Both the position numbers and the translations under genes were made by a program. From an uncultured Pseudomonadales bacterium (lineage in GTDB: Bacteria > Patescibacteriota > Microgenomatia > UBA1400 > PJMF01): 64,000 bases of DNA. Positions within the stretch are counted from its first letter, which is position 1; every line of letters starts with the position of its first letter. Where the stretch lies: contig CAYTIA010000004.1 of NCBI GenBank assembly GCA_964437755.1, positions 11,687-75,686 on the forward strand, in the 5' to 3' direction. Shown one piece after another: positions 28,656-38,121 of this stretch. Under the pieces are notes generated by a model. It was not told where the DNA came from and did no database searches. It worked only from the letters and a program-made list of their open reading frames with translations.

Positions 28656-30875
28656 ATGAGTAATAAACAAGAGTTATTAAATCAATACCAAGCATCTGGT
28701 TTAGTAAGAGAAAGAATAGAAAGAGAACAGAAACATGATCGAGATTTAGACTACGGTGGTTTTTTAATAGTTTTGAATAATAAATTACGAATAACTGGTT
28801 TAAATACCAATCGAGAAAACCCAAGTCATGCTGAGATTCTGTCTGAGCAGCTGACAACGATCAAGAATGTTTTTGATCAGTTATATATCGCTGGGCATCT
28901 ACTGCGCCTTTCTCCAGAACAAGCCCAACTTTTTACGCAGTTTAAGTCTAACGCTGAACAGTTAAGCTATATTATTACTGCTATTAGTCCAGAAGACTTA
29001 AATCATCGCAATCTTTCGGTTTTTGCTAACATGCTAAAACCAACAATGTTTGCTGATTACGATCAGATTCTAAGAGTCTCAGAAATCGGTCAAATTCAAG
29101 ATCCCAGAGAAAGACGACAGGCTATTACTCAACTAATGAGTGATCTAGGCATTGAGCGAGCTAGCATCAAAAAACTTTCTATTTTTTTTGAAACACAACC
29201 AACTTTGGCACAGGTTAGAGAACAGGTCGCCAAACAGCAGTGGCTAAAAAGATTATTCTGGAAATCAGCCTCAACCCTTGGTTTATTACTATTGATTTCA
29301 GGCTGTGTGGCAACAACAACAGAAACAACCCCGCCACCAGGAACACCTGTATCAGAAGTTACTCCTGAGCCAACTAATACTCCAGACGTTGTTATAACTC
29401 CAACTGCTGCTCCAACCATTGTTACACCTCCAGAACAAGGTGGCTTAATTACCCCAGACCAAGAGGCTGAAACGGAGAGGATAATTGCTCAATTTATTCT
29501 TAAACAACAAGCTCGCCAACTAATTCCAGGTATAAAATTACTCGGAATAGACGAGTGGGTTAGTGCTCCGACTCAACCAGAAGATAGCGGTTATTATCCC
29601 TTTGCTTGGAAAAGAATAGGAGACTCAATTGCATTAGAAGAGATTGGCACTCATAAAGATAACTCTAGACACTATATATTTTTTGATTACAAAAATAACA
29701 GAATAGCTTTAGTTAAAGCTGATGCAAACACTTATGTTACTGTTGATCCTAATGGCAACTGGGTTGTTCTTGATGCAGATAACCAACCTGCTCAAGAAAT
29801 TATATGGCAAGAAGTAAGTCAAGAACAAAATCAAAATCCAGAAAAACCAATAAGTGAAATCTACGTAGCAAAAGACAGATTATATAATGAGATATCCATA
29901 GAGTTACTTCAATCTTTTGGTTTTGAGAGTTGGGAAAAAGTTGGAGAAGAACAAGCAGCGTGGCTAAAATCTATTTTGGCTGGAACAGATTTGAACGGAT
30001 TACAGATAGAGATACAATCAGCCATTAATAATGGAACATTTTACGATGCTGATGGCAACATAAGCGTAGAATGGAAAAATCGAGGACTGGAGCTAATGAT
30101 GGGAGTAATGAAAGACAAGTTTAAAGCAGAGTTAGACACATTAACAGATCCAGAAGCAGAAGGAGTAGACTATCCAAGATTATTGGAGACAGTGATTACT
30201 ATAAATGGCAAAACCATCCCCATTAGCCTACACCATGGTTCTGCTTTGTATAATTTATACAGAGATAAAAGTGATTGGGATTATACTACATCTGTACCAG
30301 GTTTAACTTCAACATATCTCAATCCAGATTTTCAAACAGGAGTATCCACTATATTCGAACAATTTTTTGTAGATCGAGAACTAGATATTAAAGCCGGTTT
30401 TGCTGAAAGCTCGTTTGTCGTTAGCGATGGAAAAATAGTTAATGTTGGAGAAGTTACCGATGTAAAAAGAGTTGGAGTAGAGAATATAGATAAAATCGAG
30501 TTTTTCAGACTACATGAGCAAGAACTTTGGGTATTGGAATATATGCAAAGAGATATTACTCCCTATGCTTTAAATCCTCATTACGATGGAGATGCGGCTA
30601 CTCCATTTATTGATTTCATTTGGTTTATAAGAAACAAAACATTGACCTTTGTGCATGTTCAACCAGGAAACATAGATAAGGAGGGAGAGGCTTGGATATT
30701 GTATGCAGTTTTCAGAGACTCTCTTGCACAAGCTATGGCAAATTTATCATTTGCTCTAAGAGCTGAATCACTCGAATCAAGAGTTGCAACCAATGAATAT
30801 TTAGACTTTTATATTGGTCTAAAGGGTCAAGTTAGAAAAGAGATAGATGCAATTAAAGCAAAAGAAACTCAATAA
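28656..30875 (+). CDS. large bitopic membrane/surface protein: cytoplasmic N-domain, transmembrane helix with lipobox-like LISGC, Pro/Thr linker, and an extracellular domain of about 480 aa
   Basis: 739 aa. Transmembrane helix STLGLLLLISGC is followed by TTTETTPPPGTPVSEVTPEPTNTP...AAPTIVTPPEQGG. I recognise no family. Confidence 0.6.
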   Translation: MSNKQELLNQYQASGLVRERIEREQKHDRDLDYGGFLIVLNNKLRITGLNTNRENPSHAEILSEQLTTIKNVFDQLYIAGHLLRLSPEQAQLFTQFKSNAEQLSYIITAISPEDLNHRNLSVFANMLKPTMFADYDQILRVSEIGQIQDPRERRQAITQLMSDLGIERASIKKLSIFFETQPTLAQVREQVAKQQWLKRLFWKSASTLGLLLLISGCVATTTETTPPPGTPVSEVTPEPTNTPDVVITPTAAPTIVTPPEQGGLITPDQEAETERIIAQFILKQQARQLIPGIKLLGIDEWVSAPTQPEDSGYYPFAWKRIGDSIALEEIGTHKDNSRHYIFFDYKNNRIALVKADANTYVTVDPNGNWVVLDADNQPAQEIIWQEVSQEQNQNPEKPISEIYVAKDRLYNEISIELLQSFGFESWEKVGEEQAAWLKSILAGTDLNGLQIEIQSAINNGTFYDADGNISVEWKNRGLELMMGVMKDKFKAELDTLTDPEAEGVDYPRLLETVITINGKTIPISLHHGSALYNLYRDKSDWDYTTSVPGLTSTYLNPDFQTGVSTIFEQFFVDRELDIKAGFAESSFVVSDGKIVNVGEVTDVKRVGVENIDKIEFFRLHEQELWVLEYMQRDITPYALNPHYDGDAATPFIDFIWFIRNKTLTFVHVQPGNIDKEGEAWILYAVFRDSLAQAMANLSFALRAESLESRVATNEYLDFYIGLKGQVRKEIDAIKAKETQ

Positions 30876-30998
30876 ATTAACAGTAGTAAATTGGTAAAAA
30901 GCTCACTACATTTACTTAGTTTGCTTTTAAAAGTTTTAAGATAGATATTTTTCATCAGATTATTCCTTTTTGAAAAAAAATCGGCTATAGTAAGACTG

Positions 30999-33900
30999 AT
31001 GAATATCCTTAGACATAAAAATTCTAAAAAAATCTTCGTAGTCTCTTTGTTATTAATGTTGTTTTTCCTAGGGTGGTCTTTGGGTAAAAACAAAATTAGA
31101 GATAAATATTCAACTAATTCAGAGTTATCTTCTACAAACAGCACAACTTGGATACTTGAATCAGAAATAGACAACTTGCACTGCTATCAGGCAAATTGTA
31201 TTAACCTAGATTTAATAGAGCAGCTATTGCTTGATTTGGGCTATGATCAAAAAAACCCAACATTTAAGATGTTGGGAGGATCGAAATTAATAAAACCATC
31301 ACATATAAAGGTTAGTTTCATAGATATAAACAAAGTCAGCACAGAAGTTGTTGAAAGCCTGGAATATGTAATGACAGAAGAGAATAAAATATATTCAGGA
31401 ATAGCAATGACAGAAGACGATGACCAAGTAGAGGTAAAACTGTATTTAGATACAATAAAAGCAAGTGAATATTTAACAGATGAATACGACTATAACAAAG
31501 CTTTCGAACTGCCGTTCTTACAATTTCTAATTAATGCCAACTATACAGACACAGAGACCAACTTAGGAAAAGTAGCAGATAGACTTAATCAAATACATAA
31601 AAAATATTTTACCAACAAACAAGAAAAGTTGTTTAATCTCGAATTCAAAGAAGAGACAAGCTGGTTAAATCTAAAAAAAATAATAAGCAAGTTAATACAA
31701 CCTGTACAAGCAGCTTGTGATGGAATGTTAACTTGCGGAACTCAAAATGTTTATCCTCAATGCGAGGATGGAAGTTATTGTAGGTCAGATCAAGTGGGTT
31801 TAGAGTGCGGATGCAAAGTTCCAAAAGTAGACGGAGAGTGTCCAGAAGGTCAAGAAGCCTATTGTCGCGTTGAAGAAGATTGCACCCCAAATGGTAATTT
31901 TGAACCCTGTTCTTGGTCTGGAACAGAAAGTGCTTGCAATGCTAAACAACATTGTGGAGCTTGCCCGATAAGTGGAAGTGGTTGTTCTTGGTCTGGGAGT
32001 CCACCACCCCCAACTCTTCCCCCTGGACCAACTCTTCCGCCAGGAGTACCAACTCCGACTGATTATCAACCACCTCCGAGTCAATGCCCAGGAGTATGTT
32101 GCTGGGGCAGTTGCTGGGGCGAAACTTTATCCCCAAACACTTGCGACTCTCCCCAAAACTGTTGTTCAGCATGCCAACCAGCTTGGCCATCACAAGGTAT
32201 AGTTAGAGTTTGGGTATACTATGATTCAAATAAAAACTATATGCACGATGAGGGTGATCAATCCCTGCCTTCAGAAATCACAAATGGTGATGCTAGAGTA
32301 CAGCTTCATTTTCCTCAGCATAATGGAACAAATACGCACTACAAAACTATTCAAAATTCATTGGGTGGATGGGGAGCAATAGCAAGCCTAAGCAATTGTG
32401 TTGGCAACTGGGATAATTTTGGAGGGTGTGGAAGTGAAAACGAAGTTTGTTGCAGCCCACCAGGACCAATCACATTTTTTAGAACTTGCTGGGGAGTATG
32501 CAACCCAGAGGGAAGCGGGCACTCTTTTTATGACGGTTGGGGTGCAGGAGGAGGTTTGACAGCCGCTGATGTAATATGGGCACCATATTTATTCTGGAAT
32601 TATTATAATGCTAGCAAAATGGCTTCATTTGACTGGGGAGGATATGTTGGACCAAGTGGAGCACAAAATGCAACAGCACAAATTAGTATCATTGATCTTC
32701 CGCCAGAATATGAAGTAAATCTCATAAGATTTTCAAAACCCATTCCTTCAGAAAGTGAGATGGCTAATTTAGATATATACAAAAGTGCCAATACCCTTTA
32801 CCACACTAACTCTATTAGCAAAACCATCGAAACCGTTGGAGGGTGGCACGTAACAACGGGATTATTTGTTATCGGGATTTCTCCAAAAAATGATCCTCCA
32901 GAAGCTGTTTATTCTCAAATAGTTTCAATTGATGATGACACTAGCGTTACTGATCAAATGTGCTTAGCTAGTAACTCAGCTAAAAAAATAGAAATTGCTT
33001 CTTTTTTTAGTGACCCAGATGAGCCAATTTCTCAAAATTTAGTAAAAAATGGCAGTTTTGAGAATGGTACTGCTAACTGGACGCTTCAAAACATTAATGG
33101 CAACACCGACGGCTCTGCTTCTATTGTTACTGGAACTAATGCCTATTACGGTCCCTCAGCTCTTAGAACCAATGGCGGTGCTTCAACTGGTTACTTCAGA
33201 GCCATCCAAGCTGTTAACCTTGAACCAAATACCAACTACTCATTTACCGCTACCTACAAAAGTGGTACTACAGCCACCAATCCAAGATTGGGGGCTCATG
33301 TTTACTGCCATCCTTCAGATGGAAGTCCTGCAATTGGACAACCAGCCATGAGTATCACCTTTAGTCAAATTTATTCTGAATTCAAAACCGTTGCTAATTC
33401 ATTCACTACCACTACCTGTGCAGGACAATTTACTATCTATATTTTTTCAGATGCAGATCCCAACTCATGGATGACTCTTGATGGGGTGTTTTTACGCCAA
33501 GGCTCTCAAGTAGCTGAAATCTTTTCAGATATCAGCCGCTTTCAGATTAATTTAGAAAAACAAAACTTTCCAACAAATACTGAATTTAGTGGAGGTGACT
33601 GGCCCTTAAGATTGCAGGCTGTTCGTCTAAATAATATTAACATGAACAAATACCGCGCCTTTAATGGCACTGGAACTTCTGACGACACAATTAGTTATAG
33701 TTATGATTTTACAACCAATAGGTGGTATTTACCCTCAGATTCATTCATAGATCCAGATGTTTGTGTACCATGGTGCTGGCCACCGCCCGCATTAATACTT
33801 TCATCAAATCCTGCCACTGGAGCTTGGAATACTTATTTTCAATATGCTGGTGCCAACACCATTTTCGCTCGCTGGGTAGTTGAAGTTAATAGCTCGTTAC

Positions 33901-35351
33901 TTAGTGAGGGTCAATATCACGTCACAGCCTGGGTAGATGACTTTCTAGCTCAACAAGATGAACGCGCATCTGCTGGTGACCGCACTAAGATGACTTTAAC
34001 TTCGGGAGCCGCAAGTTATACTTGGCAAAGGTTCGGTTCTCTTGATGTAACCAGTCCCTTACTGACTGTTAACTTTATGGAGTCTGAGAACGACACTCCC
34101 TCTGGAGATTACTGTCCTTACAGAACTGGCACTGCTGTTACTCTGAATGGAGCTGCTGTAGGAGTAAGGCCATCTGGCGGTAGCACTTTCCAAAATTCAT
34201 CAATCAATAATATTTCAACTATAAACATCACTCCCAATACCTGTGCAGATACTTATGATGTTAGGCTAACTCTAAATCCAAGCGACGGTTATGTTTGTAA
34301 CTGCCAAATTGGAGCCAATCCCTATGAATGTGTTTATTATGATGTGCCAGCTACCTATTTGGGTAATGATCCAATTAATTTTTATCTCTTGGAGGTTGAC
34401 CTCACTAATAATGCTTGGTTTCAGAGCGTTGGTGGACAAATAACGGCTCTTGGCAACATTAGATCAAACGTTCCTTATAATGCCGCCACATCAGGTCCTT
34501 GTAATCAAGGAAATAACTGTTGGCCAGCCTTGATTACTTGGCTACCATGGAGTGGGGGAGCAGACTATGTTAATACCCCAGGTTTTCCTTTTGCTAGAAC
34601 AGGTGGCTCAATTAATACCCATAGTGATGGTGGAACCGCTTATGTTCATACCACCGATCAACATACTCAAAGCAATGATGGCCACGCCTCTGATAACTCA
34701 GCCATTCCTACAGAGTATAACTATCAGTACTTCTACAATAGATTTGGCTTTGAATATGACACAGCAGAAAATCAGTTGGCTAGCGGAGCTCAGCCGAGTC
34801 TGAGCTCTGGTTTAAATATTCGATTTGCTTCTAGCGATCTAACTATTTCTGAACCTTGGCACATATCTGCTGGTGAACAACTAATTGTGTTTGTTGATGG
34901 CAATCTTACTCTTAGCGATACCACTGGAGATAGAAGGTTAATTAGAGCCGATGCTGGAAGTTATCTTGCTTTTATTGTATCTGGTAATATTTCTATCAAC
35001 TCAAATGTTGGCTATACGATTCCAAATACAAATCCAATTGTTTTTGCTCGTCCTGGAACCGTTAGCCCTAATGTAGAGGGCATTTATCTTGCTAATGGCA
35101 CATTGACAGTTGCCAGCAATGGCAATGCCTCTTTGCCTGACAAGAAGTTCATCGGAGCTGGCACTTTTGTGGGTTGGAGTGGAGTTAATTTAGCCAGATC
35201 TTTTGCTGATGGAGTTATTGGCATGGCTTGGCACAATTTTAATCCTACCGAAACATTTATCTATCGACCAGATTTCTTACTCAACACACCATCTGTAATG
35301 AAAGAACCAATCCATGAATGGCGAGAGGTAGCTCCAAGAACCAGCAACTAA
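30999..35351 (+). CDS. giant (1450 aa) secreted/anchored Cys-rich surface protein with a CBM4/9-like carbohydrate-binding module and a beta-helix-like C-terminal region
   Basis: N-terminal signal anchor (IFVVSLLLMLFFLGWSLG). Cys-dense segments (CDGMLTCGTQNVYPQCEDGSYC...CGACPISGSGCSWSGS; CPGVCCWGSCWG...CCSACQ). Proline-rich linker PPPPTLPPGPTLPPGVPTPTD. CBM_4_9-like NGSFENGTANWTLQNING...YFRAIQAVNLEPNTNYSF. Confidence 0.7.
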   Translation: MNILRHKNSKKIFVVSLLLMLFFLGWSLGKNKIRDKYSTNSELSSTNSTTWILESEIDNLHCYQANCINLDLIEQLLLDLGYDQKNPTFKMLGGSKLIKPSHIKVSFIDINKVSTEVVESLEYVMTEENKIYSGIAMTEDDDQVEVKLYLDTIKASEYLTDEYDYNKAFELPFLQFLINANYTDTETNLGKVADRLNQIHKKYFTNKQEKLFNLEFKEETSWLNLKKIISKLIQPVQAACDGMLTCGTQNVYPQCEDGSYCRSDQVGLECGCKVPKVDGECPEGQEAYCRVEEDCTPNGNFEPCSWSGTESACNAKQHCGACPISGSGCSWSGSPPPPTLPPGPTLPPGVPTPTDYQPPPSQCPGVCCWGSCWGETLSPNTCDSPQNCCSACQPAWPSQGIVRVWVYYDSNKNYMHDEGDQSLPSEITNGDARVQLHFPQHNGTNTHYKTIQNSLGGWGAIASLSNCVGNWDNFGGCGSENEVCCSPPGPITFFRTCWGVCNPEGSGHSFYDGWGAGGGLTAADVIWAPYLFWNYYNASKMASFDWGGYVGPSGAQNATAQISIIDLPPEYEVNLIRFSKPIPSESEMANLDIYKSANTLYHTNSISKTIETVGGWHVTTGLFVIGISPKNDPPEAVYSQIVSIDDDTSVTDQMCLASNSAKKIEIASFFSDPDEPISQNLVKNGSFENGTANWTLQNINGNTDGSASIVTGTNAYYGPSALRTNGGASTGYFRAIQAVNLEPNTNYSFTATYKSGTTATNPRLGAHVYCHPSDGSPAIGQPAMSITFSQIYSEFKTVANSFTTTTCAGQFTIYIFSDADPNSWMTLDGVFLRQGSQVAEIFSDISRFQINLEKQNFPTNTEFSGGDWPLRLQAVRLNNINMNKYRAFNGTGTSDDTISYSYDFTTNRWYLPSDSFIDPDVCVPWCWPPPALILSSNPATGAWNTYFQYAGANTIFARWVVEVNSSLLSEGQYHVTAWVDDFLAQQDERASAGDRTKMTLTSGAASYTWQRFGSLDVTSPLLTVNFMESENDTPSGDYCPYRTGTAVTLNGAAVGVRPSGGSTFQNSSINNISTINITPNTCADTYDVRLTLNPSDGYVCNCQIGANPYECVYYDVPATYLGNDPINFYLLEVDLTNNAWFQSVGGQITALGNIRSNVPYNAATSGPCNQGNNCWPALITWLPWSGGADYVNTPGFPFARTGGSINTHSDGGTAYVHTTDQHTQSNDGHASDNSAIPTEYNYQYFYNRFGFEYDTAENQLASGAQPSLSSGLNIRFASSDLTISEPWHISAGEQLIVFVDGNLTLSDTTGDRRLIRADAGSYLAFIVSGNISINSNVGYTIPNTNPIVFARPGTVSPNVEGIYLANGTLTVASNGNASLPDKKFIGAGTFVGWSGVNLARSFADGVIGMAWHNFNPTETFIYRPDFLLNTPSVMKEPIHEWREVAPRTSN

Positions 35352-35360
35352 TATCAAAAC

Positions 35361-35888
35361 ATGAAAATAAGTACTTCTCCGGCTCATAGTAGTAAAACCG
35401 GTTTTACTCTAATTGAAGTTTTAGTAATTTCTGGATTAACCGTGATAATTATGCTTAGCACAGTGAGCTTATTCATGACTTTTTTAATCAGCCAAGCCAG
35501 AATCACTCAAAAGCAACAGTTAAAAAATGCTGGGAACAGTGCATTAAAACAGATGACACAAGTTTTAAGAGAAGCAAAATCAATTAATCCCTGTAACCCT
35601 GCTTCGTCAAACAGTATTATGTTTACCGACATCAACAATAGAACTGGCAGTTATCAAAGAAGTATTTTTGATAACGGTAATTATGGAATTAACTATTCCA
35701 CTCAAGATGGTAGTAATTTTATTACTTCACAAGATATGAATATCATCTCTTTTACTTCTAACTGCTACACTAGTCAAGAATCTCAACTAGTTAAGATTAC
35801 TTTTGTTTTACAAAATCCAAGAATTCAAGGCCCCTCAAACGAACCCCTCAATCAAGAGTTTGGTGTAAATATTCAGTTAAGAAATTAA
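35361..35888 (+). CDS. prepilin-type (class III signal) pseudopilin/minor pilin
   Basis: 175 aa. Prepilin peptidase site KTG|FTLIEVLVISGLTVII. Lies 9 nt after the giant surface-protein gene on the same strand. Confidence 0.7.
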   Translation: MKISTSPAHSSKTGFTLIEVLVISGLTVIIMLSTVSLFMTFLISQARITQKQQLKNAGNSALKQMTQVLREAKSINPCNPASSNSIMFTDINNRTGSYQRSIFDNGNYGINYSTQDGSNFITSQDMNIISFTSNCYTSQESQLVKITFVLQNPRIQGPSNEPLNQEFGVNIQLRN

Positions 35889-35905
35889 TTTTATCTAATA
35901 TTTAG

Positions 35906-36622
35906 CTACATCGCTTCTTGTCCCCCGCACTCCCAGTCACAGGTGATCTCATTGCATACCCAAGGATATCCTCCAATGCAATAACCACCCGGAGGAAGAC
36001 CTACACAACAAACAGATTCTGGTGTTGGAAAAAGGGTAATTGTTGGAACAGAAGTTGGGGGAACAGGGGTAGCTGTTGGCCCAACAGGCACAAACACCTC
36101 TGAATCATGGAGATTCTTTGCCAATTTAAAACTAGAATTTACAGAAACCTCATCGCCGACATCATTTAACCAGCTAATAATAATTTCAACACTAATTTCA
36201 TTAGCATCAACTACCACGGAAGCAACTTGTTTTATTTGTGCAGGAATATCTCCTGAAACCGCAACAAAAGGGCAATTTTCTCCCGTGGGCAATCCAGAAA
36301 ATACATTGTTGTTAACACCTGTTGAAAAGCTGTTAACACCATTAAGACAGTAAGTTCTTGTTTCTAACACCGAGCTTAATCCAGACCAACCCAAGATACT
36401 TCTTTCTTGACGAAAAAAATCTATTCTTGACTGAGCTAACTCTGAAGAATAATTTCTAACTCTAGCTTGAGAGTCAGACTTCATTGTATAAGTCATTAGA
36501 GTTGCCAAACCTACCATTACTAAAGCCAGAACTGTTCCTGAAACCAAAATCTCTAAAAGACTAAAGCCACTATCTTTGTTCAAGTATTCTTTTTCAATAA
36601 TTTTTTTCATTAATATTCCCAA
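35906..36622 (-). CDS. prepilin-type minor pilin with a C-terminal Pro/Thr linker and 6-Cys module
   Basis: 238 aa. DSG|FSLLEILVSG class III signal. C-terminus is PVGPTATPVPPTSVPTITLFPTPESVCCVGLPPGGYCIGGYPWVCNEITCDWECGGQEAM. Confidence 0.7.
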   Translation of the reverse strand: MGILMKKIIEKEYLNKDSGFSLLEILVSGTVLALVMVGLATLMTYTMKSDSQARVRNYSSELAQSRIDFFRQERSILGWSGLSSVLETRTYCLNGVNSFSTGVNNNVFSGLPTGENCPFVAVSGDIPAQIKQVASVVVDANEISVEIIISWLNDVGDEVSVNSSFKLAKNLHDSEVFVPVGPTATPVPPTSVPTITLFPTPESVCCVGLPPGGYCIGGYPWVCNEITCDWECGGQEAM

Positions 36623-36625
36623 TTG

Positions 36626-37288
36626 TTAATATACAGAAGACTCAATACATTCCCAAACACAAGTACTTGGATTACACCACCAATTCCAAGGACAAGCATC
36701 ATCAGGAATACCATGACAACATTGAGTAATTATATCTGTTGGTGCTGGAATAAAAGAAGTTGGAGATGGAGTCATTTGTTCGACTATTATCTCAATCTCT
36801 CCAGATCTCACTACTCCAGATCGATGAATCGAAATTGTCATTTCACCAAAGGCGCTCTCTAAAGATACTCCATTAGTTTCCGGTGCATCAGCAGGATCTA
36901 AATCATCATCAATTATCCCCGTTACTGCTCTCGAATAAAGAGTATTGGAACTTAAAAAACTTACGCCGCTTGATACTTTTAAAGTTCTTAATTCTTCAGG
37001 GCTTCCATTACTACCATCTAAACACCTGGGTTTGATCTCGATCACTCCCGTTCCATTGTCATTATAAAAATCAATCTGATAGGCTTCTAAACTAGTACAA
37101 CCTCTCATTTTGCCACTACGAGCAGAAATTTGGGCTGACTCAACTGCTTCTCGAACCAGCTCAGCTGCTTGTGTTAACTTTTGTCGATCATTAAAATTGA
37201 TATACCCAGAAATTCCCATTCCAAGTAAAAGTAATAAAATTGCTATTGATACCAATAATTCTATTAAAGAAAAACCTTTGTGATTCAT
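36626..37288 (-). CDS. prepilin-type minor pilin with a C-terminal Pro/Thr linker and 6-Cys module (paralogous C-terminus)
   Basis: 220 aa. KG|FSLIELLVSIAILLLLLG class III signal. C-terminus is TPSPTSFIPAPTDIITQCCHGIPDDACPWNWWCNPSTCVWECIESSVY. Confidence 0.7.
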   Translation of the reverse strand: MNHKGFSLIELLVSIAILLLLLGMGISGYINFNDRQKLTQAAELVREAVESAQISARSGKMRGCTSLEAYQIDFYNDNGTGVIEIKPRCLDGSNGSPEELRTLKVSSGVSFLSSNTLYSRAVTGIIDDDLDPADAPETNGVSLESAFGEMTISIHRSGVVRSGEIEIIVEQMTPSPTSFIPAPTDIITQCCHGIPDDACPWNWWCNPSTCVWECIESSVY

Positions 37289-37292
37289 TTTT

Positions 37293-37682
37293 TTATGGAT
37301 TGCTCAAAGTATAGGGATTAATTGCATTTGGATCTTCTAAGTTCACGCTAAGAGTAAAAGTTGAGGCAGTAGAGGAGTAGACATAAACATTGCTCCCTGG
37401 ATCTCTAAAACGTTCCACACCATCGCTTAAATAACCCTGAGTATTAAGATAGGTAACCACTCCATCAAAATTATAGCCTGTTGGATAGCTACCCACATCT
37501 GAACGATACAGCACCAGAGCTTGACGAACAGTTTCCAGATCGGCCTTACGCTTTGAATCTCGGCTTTTAATCGAGGCCGTTCTATAACTTATCACTCCTA
37601 TAGTAGTTAAGACAACAATGATCGTGGCAACTACTAGCAATTCAATCAGAGAGAAGCCATTTTTTGGTAATTTCTTTTTCAT
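37293..37682 (-). CDS. type IV pilin-like protein
   Basis: 129 aa. NG|FSLIELLVVATIIVVL class III signal. Confidence 0.7.
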   Translation of the reverse strand: MKKKLPKNGFSLIELLVVATIIVVLTTIGVISYRTASIKSRDSKRKADLETVRQALVLYRSDVGSYPTGYNFDGVVTYLNTQGYLSDGVERFRDPGSNVYVYSSTASTFTLSVNLEDPNAINPYTLSNP

Positions 37683-37688
37683 AATAAA

Positions 37689-38105
37689 CTATTGTAAGTT
37701 GGTAAGACAGTAATAACCACCACTTGATGCAAAGCCACAAGAATTATTTGATGAGTTACCATCGGTCCCATCAAGATCAGCGCAAACACAGTAACCGCCT
37801 GGAGCCCTTGCAACGCAAGTATATTCTGCACCAGCAGGAGCACCAGATGGAAAATAGGTGTTTGCTTTCATTGCTTCACAGCTTGAAGCAGTACTATAAG
37901 AACCATTATCAGCATAATACTGCTCAAAGCCATCTTGCATGGCTTTGACGTTGGCTCTACGCCTAGCATCTCGTGCCTTTCGTTGAGCAGAAGAGTAAGC
38001 CACCACACCAATTACCACCAAGATTGCAATAATGGCTATCACAACCAATAATTCCAAAAGAGAGAAGCCTGAAGACTTTTTTTTATTTTGTCGAAAAATT
38101 TTCAT
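37689..38105 (-). CDS. type IV pilin (paralog A)
   Basis: 138 aa. SSG|FSLLELLVVIAIIAIL. Shares ...AMQDGFEQYY... and C-terminal YTC..A.GGYCVCA with the next gene. Confidence 0.75.
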   Translation of the reverse strand: MKIFRQNKKKSSGFSLLELLVVIAIIAILVVIGVVAYSSAQRKARDARRRANVKAMQDGFEQYYADNGSYSTASSCEAMKANTYFPSGAPAGAEYTCVARAPGGYCVCADLDGTDGNSSNNSCGFASSGGYYCLTNLQ

Positions 38106-38121
38106 ATTTACAAATAAGTAA

